A DNA stretch of 40,724 nt from Methanobacteriota archaeon (GTDB lineage Archaea; Hydrothermarchaeota; Hydrothermarchaeia; Hydrothermarchaeales; JACRDW01), in the NCBI GenBank assembly GCA_043820925.1, contig JBDRDL010000028.1, positions 1 to 40,724 of the forward strand, in the 5' to 3' direction. Every line of letters starts with the position of its first letter. Within the stretch, counting starts at the first letter, position 1. The position numbers and the translations under genes were made by a program. The notes beneath the pieces were generated by a model. That model was not told where the DNA came from. It did no database searches and worked only from the letters and a program-made list of their open reading frames with translations. This document shows positions 28,072 to 37,386 of this stretch, piece after piece.

Positions 28072-28860
28072 ATGAATGAAGAATATACTGAAAAACACCG
28101 AAGGCTCTCTCTGGATGAAAAATTCAAATTCTCATGTCATAAAGGGCTTACCTGTTTTAACACCTGCTGTAGTGATATAAATATCTTTCTCACACCTTAT
28201 GACGTCCTGAGGATGAGAAGGGCTACTGGGTTATCTTCTGGAGAATTCTTAAAGAGATATACCATTCCACTCTTAGGAAATGAGGGGTTACCTCTGGTAG
28301 TGCTTAAGATGATGGAGGATGAAAATAAAAGCTGTCCTTTCGTCACCCCAGATGGTTGCAGTATATACCAGGACAGGCCGTGGTCGTGCAGGATGTATCC
28401 CATATTCCCGGCTTCCTCGAAGGAAGAAGAGTTTTGGATAGAGGAAAAGCCCTCATGCCTTGGATTTAAAGAGGAAAAACAATGGACAATAGAAGAGTGG
28501 AAGAAGAATCAAGGGATTAATATCTATGATAGAATGAATGAATCTTATAAAGAGATTACCCACCATGATTATTTCCAGAAGGGGAATAAGCTTGATCAAG
28601 GAAGGGCGAAGATGCTTTATACGGCATGTTATAACCTCGATGATTTCAAGAGATTCCTTTTTGAAACCAGGTTTTTTGATATCTATGATGTAGAGAAAGA
28701 GGTTATCGAGAAGATAAAAGAAGTTGAAGAAGAACTTTTAAGTTTTGGTTATAGATGGGCGAGATTCGGTCTGTTCTGGGAAGATACCTTTAAACTCAAA
28801 GATAAGGAAATGGATAAGCTCTTGAAGTCCAGTGGAGATAAGGTTAAACCATGTTACTGA
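28072..28860 (+). CDS. YkgJ/UPF0153 family cysteine-cluster protein, paralog 1
   Basis: FKFSCHKGLTCFNTCC, LTPYD, CPFV...GCSIY.DRP.SCR.YP. Confidence 0.9.
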   Translation: MNEEYTEKHRRLSLDEKFKFSCHKGLTCFNTCCSDINIFLTPYDVLRMRRATGLSSGEFLKRYTIPLLGNEGLPLVVLKMMEDENKSCPFVTPDGCSIYQDRPWSCRMYPIFPASSKEEEFWIEEKPSCLGFKEEKQWTIEEWKKNQGINIYDRMNESYKEITHHDYFQKGNKLDQGRAKMLYTACYNLDDFKRFLFETRFFDIYDVEKEVIEKIKEVEEELLSFGYRWARFGLFWEDTFKLKDKEMDKLLKSSGDKVKPCY

Positions 28861-29642
28861 ATATGAGGTTTGTAGAACCTATTAAGCGTACACTAAATTC
28901 TAAATTCAAATTCAGGTGTCATAATGCTCTCAGCTGCTTTACTAAATGCTGTAGTCGTACAGATGTACTTCTTACCCCTTATGACATCGTAAGGATGAAA
29001 AAGAGATTGGGAATTTCTTCAGGAGATTTCCTCAGGAAATACACCTACACTTATACTGATGAGAAGTCCTCACATCCTTATGCGGTGCTTAAGATGATGG
29101 ATGATAATGAAGGGAGATGTCCCTTTGTTACAAATGAGGGCTGCAGTATTTATGAAGACCGGCCTTCTAACTGTCGATATTATCCCATCGGTCAAGGTAT
29201 CATGATGATGGGCTCAGAGAAAGTGTCAGTAAATGAGGAATTTTACTTCTTTATAAGAGACCCACATTGTTTCGGCTATCAGGAGGAAAAAGAGTGGACA
29301 ATTGAGACATGGAGGATTGACCAGGGAGTCGACATCTATGATGAGATGAACAGGGAGTGGAAGGAGATTCAGTTGAGTAGGAATGCCCCCGGGCAACCCA
29401 AACTCGACCCGAAGAAGCAGAGCCTGGTTTATATGGTAAGTTACGATATAGATAGGTTCAGGAGATTTATCTTTGAGAGCAGGTTTCTCGATCTCTTCGA
29501 TATTGATAAGGAGGAGATCGAGAAGATAAAAACTGATGGAGTCGCACTCATGAAGTTCGGATTTAAATACCTGAAATATATCCTGATGCTCGAAGAGATG
29601 TTAAAGGTGAAGGAAGGTATATGTCATGAAATGTATAAGTAG
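28851..29642 (+). CDS. YkgJ/UPF0153 family cysteine-cluster protein, paralog 2
   Basis: FKFRCHNALSCFTKCC, LTPYD, CPFV...GCSIYEDRPSNCRYYP. Confidence 0.9.
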   Translation: MLLNMRFVEPIKRTLNSKFKFRCHNALSCFTKCCSRTDVLLTPYDIVRMKKRLGISSGDFLRKYTYTYTDEKSSHPYAVLKMMDDNEGRCPFVTNEGCSIYEDRPSNCRYYPIGQGIMMMGSEKVSVNEEFYFFIRDPHCFGYQEEKEWTIETWRIDQGVDIYDEMNREWKEIQLSRNAPGQPKLDPKKQSLVYMVSYDIDRFRRFIFESRFLDLFDIDKEEIEKIKTDGVALMKFGFKYLKYILMLEEMLKVKEGICHEMYK

Positions 29643-29838
29643 GGCCGAGGAAAGACTTATTGATACAATTGAAGAAAAGAGACTCATGGTCATAAAATGT
29701 GTTCGTGATTCATTGGTTTCGAGGGCAGAGGTTCTGGATACCATATCTGGTGAAGTAATCGGCTATGGGTTAGATGCGATACCATCAAAGAGTCAGGCTC
29801 TCGAATCAATCAAATGTCCCTCGGAATGTGACTATTAG
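29626..29838 (+). CDS. Small hypothetical protein, 70 aa
   Basis: Fills the gap to qmoA and overlaps the preceding stop; purine-rich RBS-like GAAGGAAGGT upstream. Confidence 0.45.
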   Translation: MKCISRAEERLIDTIEEKRLMVIKCVRDSLVSRAEVLDTISGEVIGYGLDAIPSKSQALESIKCPSECDY

Positions 29839-29866
29839 CTTATATGAAATTTTATGGAGGAATAAC

Positions 29867-31129
29867 ATGGCAATGGAAAAAACGAGAGGTATATTAATTG
29901 TGGGTGGAGGGATAAGCGGGATAACTACCGCTGTTGAGGCAGCCGAGGTTGGTTATGAGGCCACTCTTATCGAGAAGAACCCCTATCTGGGAGGAAGGGT
30001 GACCCAGCTCAATAGATATTTTCCGAAGTTATGTCCTCCCAATTGTGGACTGGAGATAAATTTCAGAAGAATCAAAAGTAATCCGAGGGTAAAATTTTAT
30101 ACCTTAGCAGAAGTAGAAAAGATTTCAGGCACAGAGGGGGACTATGATGTAACGATAAAGCTCGCTCCCCGATTTGTGAACGAGAGGTGCACTGCCTGCA
30201 ACGCCTGTGTTGAAGTATGCCCTGTAGAAAGACCAAATGAGTTTAACTTTGGTATGGATAAGACAAAGGCTATTTATCTTCCCCATGATTTTGCCTTTCC
30301 CCTGAGGTATGTCATTGATGAGAAATATTGCAAGAAAAAAGAATGTAACAAGTGCGTAGAGGCCTGCACATATAACGCCATAGACCTTAATATGAAAACC
30401 CAGAGCCTCTCCTTTAAGGTTGGCTCAGTCGTCTGGGCTACGGGCTGGAACCCATACGATGCCACGAAGATTGACAATCTTGGATTCGGGAAGTATCAAA
30501 ATGTCATAACCAACATGATGATGGAGAGACTCGCTTCCCCGAATGGTCCTACAAAGGGTAAGATTCTTCGCCCTTCTGACGGAAAAGAGGTTTCAAAAGT
30601 AGCTTTTGTCCAGTGCGCCGGATCCCGTGATGAGAATCATCTTCCTTACTGCTCCTACGTCTGTTGCCTTGCTTCAATAAAACAGGCTTCCTATATCCGT
30701 GAACAGTATCCGGATGCTCAGGTCATTATCTTCTATATAGATATTCGTACTCCAGGAAGATATGAGAAGGTTTATCTGAATGCCCAGAAAGACGAAAAGA
30801 TAACATTCATCAAAGGTAAGGTTGCTAAGATTGAGGAAGATCCCGGAACAAAGGACCTTACCGTTGCTGCAGAGGATGCACTGGCATTAAAGAAGATTCA
30901 TGAAAAGGTAGATATGGTTGTACTTGCTGCTGGAATGGCACCTTCCACTTTAGAATCGAAAATCCCTGTGAATGTAGGCTATGATGAAAACAAATTTATT
31001 CTGTCTGATTCCGGAGTGGGTGGAATGTATGGAATTGGCTGCGCCAAGAAGCCCCTGGATGTCTATTCAAGCGTCCAGGATGCTACGGCAGCAGCGCTTT
31101 GGGCTATTCAGTCTTTGGTGAGGAGGTAA
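29867..31129 (+). CDS. qmoA: QmoA (HdrA-like flavoprotein)
   Basis: GGGISG, YFPKLCPPNCGLEIN, QCAGSRDENHLPYCS; RBS GGAGGA. Confidence 0.93.
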   Translation: MAMEKTRGILIVGGGISGITTAVEAAEVGYEATLIEKNPYLGGRVTQLNRYFPKLCPPNCGLEINFRRIKSNPRVKFYTLAEVEKISGTEGDYDVTIKLAPRFVNERCTACNACVEVCPVERPNEFNFGMDKTKAIYLPHDFAFPLRYVIDEKYCKKKECNKCVEACTYNAIDLNMKTQSLSFKVGSVVWATGWNPYDATKIDNLGFGKYQNVITNMMMERLASPNGPTKGKILRPSDGKEVSKVAFVQCAGSRDENHLPYCSYVCCLASIKQASYIREQYPDAQVIIFYIDIRTPGRYEKVYLNAQKDEKITFIKGKVAKIEEDPGTKDLTVAAEDALALKKIHEKVDMVVLAAGMAPSTLESKIPVNVGYDENKFILSDSGVGGMYGIGCAKKPLDVYSSVQDATAAALWAIQSLVRR

Positions 31130-31133
31130 GAAA

Positions 31134-33338
31134 ATGGAGAAAAAAATAGGAGTATATATCTGCACTGACTGTGATATCGGGAAATCTTTGAACATAGACG
31201 AATTGGTAAATGTAGCCACTAAAATGAAGGCTCCAGTTGTTAAGACCCATCCATTTTTGTGTGGGAAAGAAGGGGTCCAGTTCATAAAAGAGGATATGGG
31301 TAAGGAAGGCGTAAATGCCGTTGTCATAGCCGCCTGCTCACCACGTGTAAACTATGATGTCTTTAATTTCGGTAACGTCCTAATGGATAGAGTCAACCTG
31401 AGAGAGCATGTTGTCTGGTGCCACCCACCAAATGACGAAGATACCCAGATGATGGCTGAAGATTACGTAAGGATGGGTATTCTAAAGATTCAGAAGAGTG
31501 AACTTCCGGAGCCATATAAGCCGGAAGAGGAGTTCTCTAAGAGTATCCTGGTAGTGGGTGGTGGCGTAGCAGGAATTACTGCTGCTGTGGAAGCCGCCAA
31601 AGCTAATTATGATGTCTTCCTGGTAGAAAGGGGCGAATCTCTCGGCGGCTGGGTTACCCAGCTTTACAAGCAGGCACCTACAAAACCTCCCTACACAGAC
31701 CTCGAGGAGCCAGAGATTAATATAAAGATAAAGGAGATTCAACAGAATCCTAAGGTTAAGGTTTATACCTCTTCGCTCATAGAAAAGATAGTCGGTGGTC
31801 CTGGTCTGTATAGCGTCTCGATAAAACAGAATGGGAATGTCGAGACTTTCAGATCCGGTGCTATTGTTTTAGCTTCCGGTTTTAAGCCCTATGACGCTAC
31901 AAAGCTTGATCATCTCGGGTTTGGTAAATATCCCAACGTGATAACAAACTATATGATGGAGGAAATAGCCTCAAAGGGACAAATTGTACGTCCCTCTGAT
32001 GGCAAGCCCGTCAAGGCCGTTGCCTTTATACAGTGTGCGGGGCAGAGGGATGAGAATCATCTGCCTTACTGTTCAGCAACCTGCTGTGTTGAGTCTCTCA
32101 AACAGGCGAAATACATAAGGAACCAAGACCCGGATTCAAAGACTTTCATATTCTACAAAGATATGAGAACGCCGGGTCACTATGAGTACTTTTATAAGAG
32201 TATCCAAGATGATCCAGGAGTATTTTTAACAAAGGGAGTCGTTAAGAGCATAACAGAGGATGAGAATAAGAATCTCCTTGTCGAGGTAGAAGATACCCTC
32301 TTAGGTGAAACAATCATAGTGAATGTTGACCTTGTTGTTTTAGCTACAGGTATGGTCCCGGTAACCGCCTTTGGCGAGGAAGAACTCCCACCCGGAGTAA
32401 AACCTGGAGACGAACTCATTCCTTACGTTATGATCGAATCAGACGTACTGAACCTCGAATACCGGCAGGGAGGAGAGGTGCCTGTTCTTTTTAAAGGATA
32501 TCCTGACTCTAACTTCATCTGTTTCCCCTATGAAACTCGAAGGACGGGCATTTACGCTGCTGGCCCAGTAAGGGCTCCCATGGATATACCCTCTGCCATG
32601 ATAGATGCCACAGGGGCAGCCCTTAAGGCAATCCAGTGTGTTGAAATGACAGCAAGGGGAGAAGCTGTGCACCCAAGGACTGGAGATACATCATATATAG
32701 AAATCTTTATGCAAAAATGTACCCAGTGCAAGAGATGCACAGAAGAATGTCCCTTCGGGGCAATCAATGAAGATGAAAAGGCAAATCCACTTTATAACCC
32801 AACTCGCTGCAGGAGGTGTGGGATCTGTATGGGTGCATGCCCTGAAAGGATCATGTCCTTTAAGGACTATTCAGTTGATATGATTGGGACTATGGTCAAG
32901 AACATCGAGGTGCCTGAAGAGGAGGAGAAGCCGAGGGTTATTGTTTTTGCCTGTGAAAACGATGCCTATCCTGCACTGGATTTAGCAGCAATCAACCGAA
33001 TTCGCTATACTCCTTTTATAAGGGTAGTTCCTCTGAGATGCCTTGGTTCCTTTAACTTAGTGTGGGTGGCTGACGCCCTCGCTAAGGGTGTTGACGGTGT
33101 ACTCCTCTTAGGCTGTAAATATGGTGATGATTACCAGTGCCATATGGCTACAGGAAGCCACCTTGCTAAAATCAGATTGTCAAAGGTTGCAGAAACACTT
33201 GATAGACTAAAGCTTGAGTCTGGAAGGGTTCAAATAGAACAGATATCCATCTCAGATTATTTCAAAGTACCACAGATAATAGACAACTTTTTGGAGAAAT
33301 TGAAGGAATTCGGTCCCAACCCCTATAAAGGCTTTTAA
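31134..33338 (+). CDS. qmoB: QmoB (HdrA-like with ferredoxin and MvhD/FlpD domains)
   Basis: AACSPR, NLREHVVW, FICFPYETRRTGIY, CTQCKRCTEECP, CENDAYPALD. Confidence 0.95.
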   Translation: MEKKIGVYICTDCDIGKSLNIDELVNVATKMKAPVVKTHPFLCGKEGVQFIKEDMGKEGVNAVVIAACSPRVNYDVFNFGNVLMDRVNLREHVVWCHPPNDEDTQMMAEDYVRMGILKIQKSELPEPYKPEEEFSKSILVVGGGVAGITAAVEAAKANYDVFLVERGESLGGWVTQLYKQAPTKPPYTDLEEPEINIKIKEIQQNPKVKVYTSSLIEKIVGGPGLYSVSIKQNGNVETFRSGAIVLASGFKPYDATKLDHLGFGKYPNVITNYMMEEIASKGQIVRPSDGKPVKAVAFIQCAGQRDENHLPYCSATCCVESLKQAKYIRNQDPDSKTFIFYKDMRTPGHYEYFYKSIQDDPGVFLTKGVVKSITEDENKNLLVEVEDTLLGETIIVNVDLVVLATGMVPVTAFGEEELPPGVKPGDELIPYVMIESDVLNLEYRQGGEVPVLFKGYPDSNFICFPYETRRTGIYAAGPVRAPMDIPSAMIDATGAALKAIQCVEMTARGEAVHPRTGDTSYIEIFMQKCTQCKRCTEECPFGAINEDEKANPLYNPTRCRRCGICMGACPERIMSFKDYSVDMIGTMVKNIEVPEEEEKPRVIVFACENDAYPALDLAAINRIRYTPFIRVVPLRCLGSFNLVWVADALAKGVDGVLLLGCKYGDDYQCHMATGSHLAKIRLSKVAETLDRLKLESGRVQIEQISISDYFKVPQIIDNFLEKLKEFGPNPYKGF

Positions 33339-33350
33339 GAGGTATTAAAA

Positions 33351-34469
33351 ATGGCAGATGAGTACTTGGTGGAACCTGATACAAAATTTATCAAGCAGGT
33401 AATTGGTTTGGGTGGAGAATCACTAAAAAAGTGCTTCCAGTGTGCGACATGCTCGGTAATGTGTTCTTTATCCCCTGACGCAAAGCCATTTCCAAGGAAA
33501 GAAATGATATGGGCTCAGTGGGGATTAAAAGACAGGCTGGTAAAGGATCCTGATGTTTGGCTCTGCCATCAGTGTGGCGACTGTACTGCTTATTGCCCGA
33601 GAGGGGCAAAGCCTGGGGATGTTTTGTCTTCCCTGAGAAGTTGTAGTGTTCAACATTATGCATTTCCAAAATTTCTGGGGAAAGCCCTGAGCGAAGCAAA
33701 ATACTTACCGCTTCTTTTTGCAATTCCGGTGATTATTTTGCTCGCTGTTCTCTCAGCTATTGGACACTTGAACATTCCTCCCGGAGAAATAGTTTTCTCG
33801 AAGTTTATCCCGATTAAATATGTCGATGCTGTTTTTATGCCAGTTGCCGGCTTTGTTTTGCTTTCACTTGCAATTGGATTATCGAGATTTTGGAAAGATA
33901 TTAATGTAAATCAGTCCACGCCCAAAGGAAACTTCCTGAAGACCTTCTTCTCGACGCTCATTGAAATATTGACGCACAGCCGATTCAAGAAATGCGAAGT
34001 AAACAAAATTAGATATTACGCCCATCTGGGCATTTTCTATGGGTTCATTGGACTTTTCATCGTAGCCAATTTTCATTTTATCTCCTTATACGTATTTGGT
34101 AAATTAGAAACGCCTATGCCGCTGCTGAATCCTGTAAAAATGTTTGTAAATCTAAGCGCATTAGCGCTTTTTGTTGGCTTAACCTTAGTCATTTACAACA
34201 GACTTACGAATAAAGAAGCAAGCAGGGGTACCTATTACGACTGGGCTTTGATACTGGCGATTTATGCGATAGCCATATCAGGAATACTTACCGAGGTAGC
34301 GAGACTGGTTGATATCGCAACTTTGGCTTATCCGCTCTATTTCGTCCATTTAGTATTTGTCTTTTACCTCATCGCCTACCTTCCATATTCCAAGCTTGCC
34401 CACCTGTTATACAGAACTACAGCAATGGTTTACGAGAAGTATTCCCAGAGGGATGTGAAAATCCTTTAA
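33351..34469 (+). CDS. qmoC: QmoC (HdrC-like Fe-S domain plus membrane heme-b domain)
   Basis: CFQCATCS..C, FPRKEMIWAQWG, CHQCGDC...CP, YLPYSKLAH. Confidence 0.95.
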   Translation: MADEYLVEPDTKFIKQVIGLGGESLKKCFQCATCSVMCSLSPDAKPFPRKEMIWAQWGLKDRLVKDPDVWLCHQCGDCTAYCPRGAKPGDVLSSLRSCSVQHYAFPKFLGKALSEAKYLPLLFAIPVIILLAVLSAIGHLNIPPGEIVFSKFIPIKYVDAVFMPVAGFVLLSLAIGLSRFWKDINVNQSTPKGNFLKTFFSTLIEILTHSRFKKCEVNKIRYYAHLGIFYGFIGLFIVANFHFISLYVFGKLETPMPLLNPVKMFVNLSALALFVGLTLVIYNRLTNKEASRGTYYDWALILAIYAIAISGILTEVARLVDIATLAYPLYFVHLVFVFYLIAYLPYSKLAHLLYRTTAMVYEKYSQRDVKIL

Positions 34470-34568
34470 CTTCTCTAATGCTTGAGCCTTTGAGGATAAG
34501 GTGTCGAGCACTTCCGCATCCTTAACTAATAAAATTTTTAAACGTGAAAATTATAAAAGGGTTGATGC

Positions 34569-35456
34569 ATGAACCAGAACATGAAAGTGATAATTGGAAT
34601 AGCGGTTGTCAGCCTGCTCGTCTTTGGATTGTCAGCTTGCGTGCAGTTGGAATCGCCGAAAGAGGAAAAGAAGAGCAGCGCAGAGCTGATAGCAGGTGCG
34701 CTTTCAAAGAGAGGAATATTGGTCGAGGAGATACTTATTACAAATGGTTCCGAAGCTGCAAAGGCATTCAATGTAAAGGACATAGAAATTCCTCAGGAGT
34801 CCAAAATTGCGCTTATTATGTTCAGAATTTCAGATAGCAAGAGCGCTGATGAGAAATTAGGGGAATATGTTAAAGCGGTATATATAACTTTTGATGCTGA
34901 CCCGGCGCTCGACGGGGTAATGGCTTTTGATGTTAACCTTGCAGAAGCTTCGGGCACTGCCTTAATCATATATACTGATAAAACCGGCGCAGAAAGAGTT
35001 AGAAACCGCAATCTTACGCCAGAGGAAATACTCAATGAATGGGGGCTTATAGAATACACCCCGGAAAGCGAGAGGCTAATCAGGGAAGCGCTCGAGAAGG
35101 AAAATATAAAAATAAATACAGTGCTAATTTCAAACGGCACGTATATAAAGGAACAGCTGAAATTGAATGACTCTGAGATAGGCGAGGATTCAAAAATTGC
35201 CCTCATAACTTTTAATCTCAGAAAAAACGTGACAGAGAGCGAATTCCTGCGTTATTACGTGGACATAATATACACCGCCTTTGAGGCAGACCCATCCATA
35301 AATGTCGCTATGGCATCAAACATCGAGTTAACTCTTGCTTCTGGAAAAGCCTCGATAATATATGCAAATAGAACAACAGTCAGACGAGTACCCAGATGGA
35401 AAACTGCTGAAGAAATAATGAATGAATTCAAACTTCATGAATATTCGGTCAAATGA
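34569..35456 (+). CDS. Putative lipoprotein or secreted protein with an internal duplication
   Basis: Hydrophobic signal ending LSAC; two copies of about 125 aa (ILITNG..SKIALIMF..FDADP..ASG..IIY and VLISNG..SKIALITF..FEADP..ASG..IIY). Confidence 0.8.
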   Translation: MNQNMKVIIGIAVVSLLVFGLSACVQLESPKEEKKSSAELIAGALSKRGILVEEILITNGSEAAKAFNVKDIEIPQESKIALIMFRISDSKSADEKLGEYVKAVYITFDADPALDGVMAFDVNLAEASGTALIIYTDKTGAERVRNRNLTPEEILNEWGLIEYTPESERLIREALEKENIKINTVLISNGTYIKEQLKLNDSEIGEDSKIALITFNLRKNVTESEFLRYYVDIIYTAFEADPSINVAMASNIELTLASGKASIIYANRTTVRRVPRWKTAEEIMNEFKLHEYSVK

Positions 35457-35746
35457 AATATAAAAAAATTGCATCTGAACGCATCGAAATACTAATGCAG
35501 AGAGCAGAAGAGGTATTTGCTCAGGACAGGAAGAAAGCGAACCGCTACGCAGAACTTGCGAGAAAAATTGGAATGCGCTATAACGTGCGCCTGCCCAAAA
35601 AATGGAAGCGGCGAGTATGCAGGAAGTGTCTTGCGTTTCTCAAGCCGGGCAGCAATTGCAGGGTGCGTATCTATAAGAGCAGAGTCATTATCACATGCTT
35701 GGAATGCAAGAACGTTGTTAGGATTCCATGCAATAAGGAGGATTGA
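35453..35746 (+). CDS. rnp4: RNase P protein component 4 (Rpp21)
   Basis: IASERIEIL, KRRVCRKC..FLKPG, ITCLEC. Confidence 0.95.
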   Translation: MKYKKIASERIEILMQRAEEVFAQDRKKANRYAELARKIGMRYNVRLPKKWKRRVCRKCLAFLKPGSNCRVRIYKSRVIITCLECKNVVRIPCNKED

Positions 35747-35747
35747 C

Positions 35748-36275
35748 ATGACTATATATGATGTTCCAGCTTCAGTTATAAAAGACGTTGCAGAGGAGCT
35801 GAAAAAAATAGAAGCTATTAAACCGCCAGACTGGGCTCGGTTCGTAAAGACCGGCGGAGACAGAGAGAGGAAGCCAGAGAGCGAGGACTGGTGGTATGTA
35901 CGAAGTGCCTCGATACTCAGAAAGATACGCATTTACGGTCCTGTCGGAATTCCGACTCTGAGAAGGAAGTACGGCGGGAAAAAAAACAGGGGGCACAATC
36001 CTGAAGCTATGCGGAGAGGCAGCGGTGCAGTCATTAGAAATATAATTCATCAACTGGAAAAAGCAGAGCTGCTTAAAAAAACTAAGGAGGGAAGAGTTGC
36101 CGCTCCAAAGGGCATTGCCCTGCTGGACCGAATTTCCCATAAAGTTGTGACTCAGGTAAGTGAGGTTGAAAAAGATGCAGGAAGACCTGGAGGAGTTAAA
36201 GAGGAGAAGGCTGCTAGAGCTCCAGCAAAGGCTGCAGGAAGAAAGGGCGAGAGAAGAGCAAAGGCAGCTCGTTGA
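35748..36275 (+). CDS. rps19e: Ribosomal protein eS19 with an extended C-terminus
   Basis: YDVPA, PPDWARFVKTG, DWWYVRSASILRK; RBS GGAGGA. Confidence 0.95.
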   Translation: MTIYDVPASVIKDVAEELKKIEAIKPPDWARFVKTGGDRERKPESEDWWYVRSASILRKIRIYGPVGIPTLRRKYGGKKNRGHNPEAMRRGSGAVIRNIIHQLEKAELLKKTKEGRVAAPKGIALLDRISHKVVTQVSEVEKDAGRPGGVKEEKAARAPAKAAGRKGERRAKAAR

Positions 36276-36501
36276 GTTCCAGAGAAGGTCCATATTAACA
36301 GAGATTCTCGCTCCGGAAGCGAGGAGCAGACTTGCGAATATAAAGATAGCCAAGCCAGAATATGCTATCCAGATAGAGAATCTGCTTATTCAGCTCGCTC
36401 AGAGCGGTCAGCTCAAGCAAAAAATCAGCGATGTGCAGCTGAAGCAAATCCTCGGAAAAATCTCAGAGAAGAAGAGAGAGTTCAGAATCAGGAGGATGTG
36501 A
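36175..36501 (+). CDS. PDCD5-like DNA-binding protein
   Basis: LEELKRRRL.ELQ, LAPEARSRLANI, ENLLIQLAQSG; RBS GAGGTTGA. Confidence 0.93.
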   Translation: MQEDLEELKRRRLLELQQRLQEERAREEQRQLVEFQRRSILTEILAPEARSRLANIKIAKPEYAIQIENLLIQLAQSGQLKQKISDVQLKQILGKISEKKREFRIRRM

Positions 36502-37097
36502 TGGAAGAAGTAGCTCTGCTGTACAGCGGGGGCGAGGACAGCTCCCTGGCTGCGCATATGCTGAGCAAATACTACAATGTTAAACTCCTCACCGCGACCT
36601 TCGGAATACTCGACTCCTGGAAATATGCAAAAGAATCTGCGAATATAATAGGATTTGAGCATGAAGTAAAAAAATTCAAGAGAAGTATCATTGAAGAGGC
36701 TTCGGAGATGATAATTAAAGACGGCTTCCCAAAAAATGGAATAAACTTCATTCACTGGCATGTTTTAAGTGCTGCTGCGAAAGAACACAGGCTCGTAGCA
36801 GACGGCACAAGAAGAGATGACCGGGTACCCCTGTTGCGCAGGAGCGAGATAAGAAGTTTAGAAGACGCGTATGGAGTAGAGTATATTGCTCCGCTGCGAG
36901 GCTTGGGATACAAAACGATAAATAGATTAACTACTAAAATTTTTAAAATCGAGGAAGGCGAGTCGGGGAAAATCCAGCATGCGGATTATGAAGCAGAAAT
37001 TAGAGCAGTCTTGAAAGAAGAAGGATGCGAGGTAAAAAATTTTTTTCCTTCTCACAAACAATCGAGAGTAATAGGGGTGCATACATGGGCAAGGTAG
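36498..37097 (+). CDS. Conserved archaeal PP-loop ATPase
   Basis: [31 protein letters not shown]; conserved position before rpl39e. Confidence 0.85.
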   Translation: MMEEVALLYSGGEDSSLAAHMLSKYYNVKLLTATFGILDSWKYAKESANIIGFEHEVKKFKRSIIEEASEMIIKDGFPKNGINFIHWHVLSAAAKEHRLVADGTRRDDRVPLLRRSEIRSLEDAYGVEYIAPLRGLGYKTINRLTTKIFKIEEGESGKIQHADYEAEIRAVLKEEGCEVKNFFPSHKQSRVIGVHTWAR

Positions 37098-37237
37098 AGC
37101 TTCCGAGGAAAATAAGACTGGCAAAAGCTATGAAGCAGAATAGACCCGTACCAATTTGGGTGGTTGGAAAAACTCTGGGCAAGACCAGAACCCATCCAAA
37201 GCGGCACCACTGGCGCAGAAGCACGCTGAAGGTCTAA
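37085..37237 (+). CDS. rpl39e: Ribosomal protein eL39
   Basis: [32 protein letters not shown]. Confidence 0.96.
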   Translation: MGKVELPRKIRLAKAMKQNRPVPIWVVGKTLGKTRTHPKRHHWRRSTLKV

Positions 37238-37343
37238 TCTCAGCACTTCACCAGCAAGCTTTTCACAATAGCATATGCGAATGCTGGTTCGTGCCGAGAC
37301 CCACAGTTGCACTTGCCGAAGGCAGTGGTCATGGGTCAAGACA
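37238..37343. ncRNA. Candidate structured RNA or palindromic insert (two hairpins)
   Basis: Stems TCTCAGCAC/GTGCCGAGA, ACCAGCA/TGCTGGT, GACCCA/TGGGTC, TGCC-GAA-GGCA. Confidence 0.4.
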
Positions 37344-37386
37344 TGAGGAGAAATGAATGAAATGAAATTTCGACGAGTGGATTGAA

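Noticed and set aside
35517..35747. Long N-terminal extensions of eS19 (likewise nuoN, nuoI, nuoA, qmoA, ftsY) in the ORF track
   Set aside because: Artefacts of longest-ORF calling; RBS positions and family N-termini point to downstream starts
36519..36548. SGGEDS instead of the usual SGGKDS in the PP-loop protein
   Set aside because: The position is variable in the SGGxDS motif; not evidence of altered function
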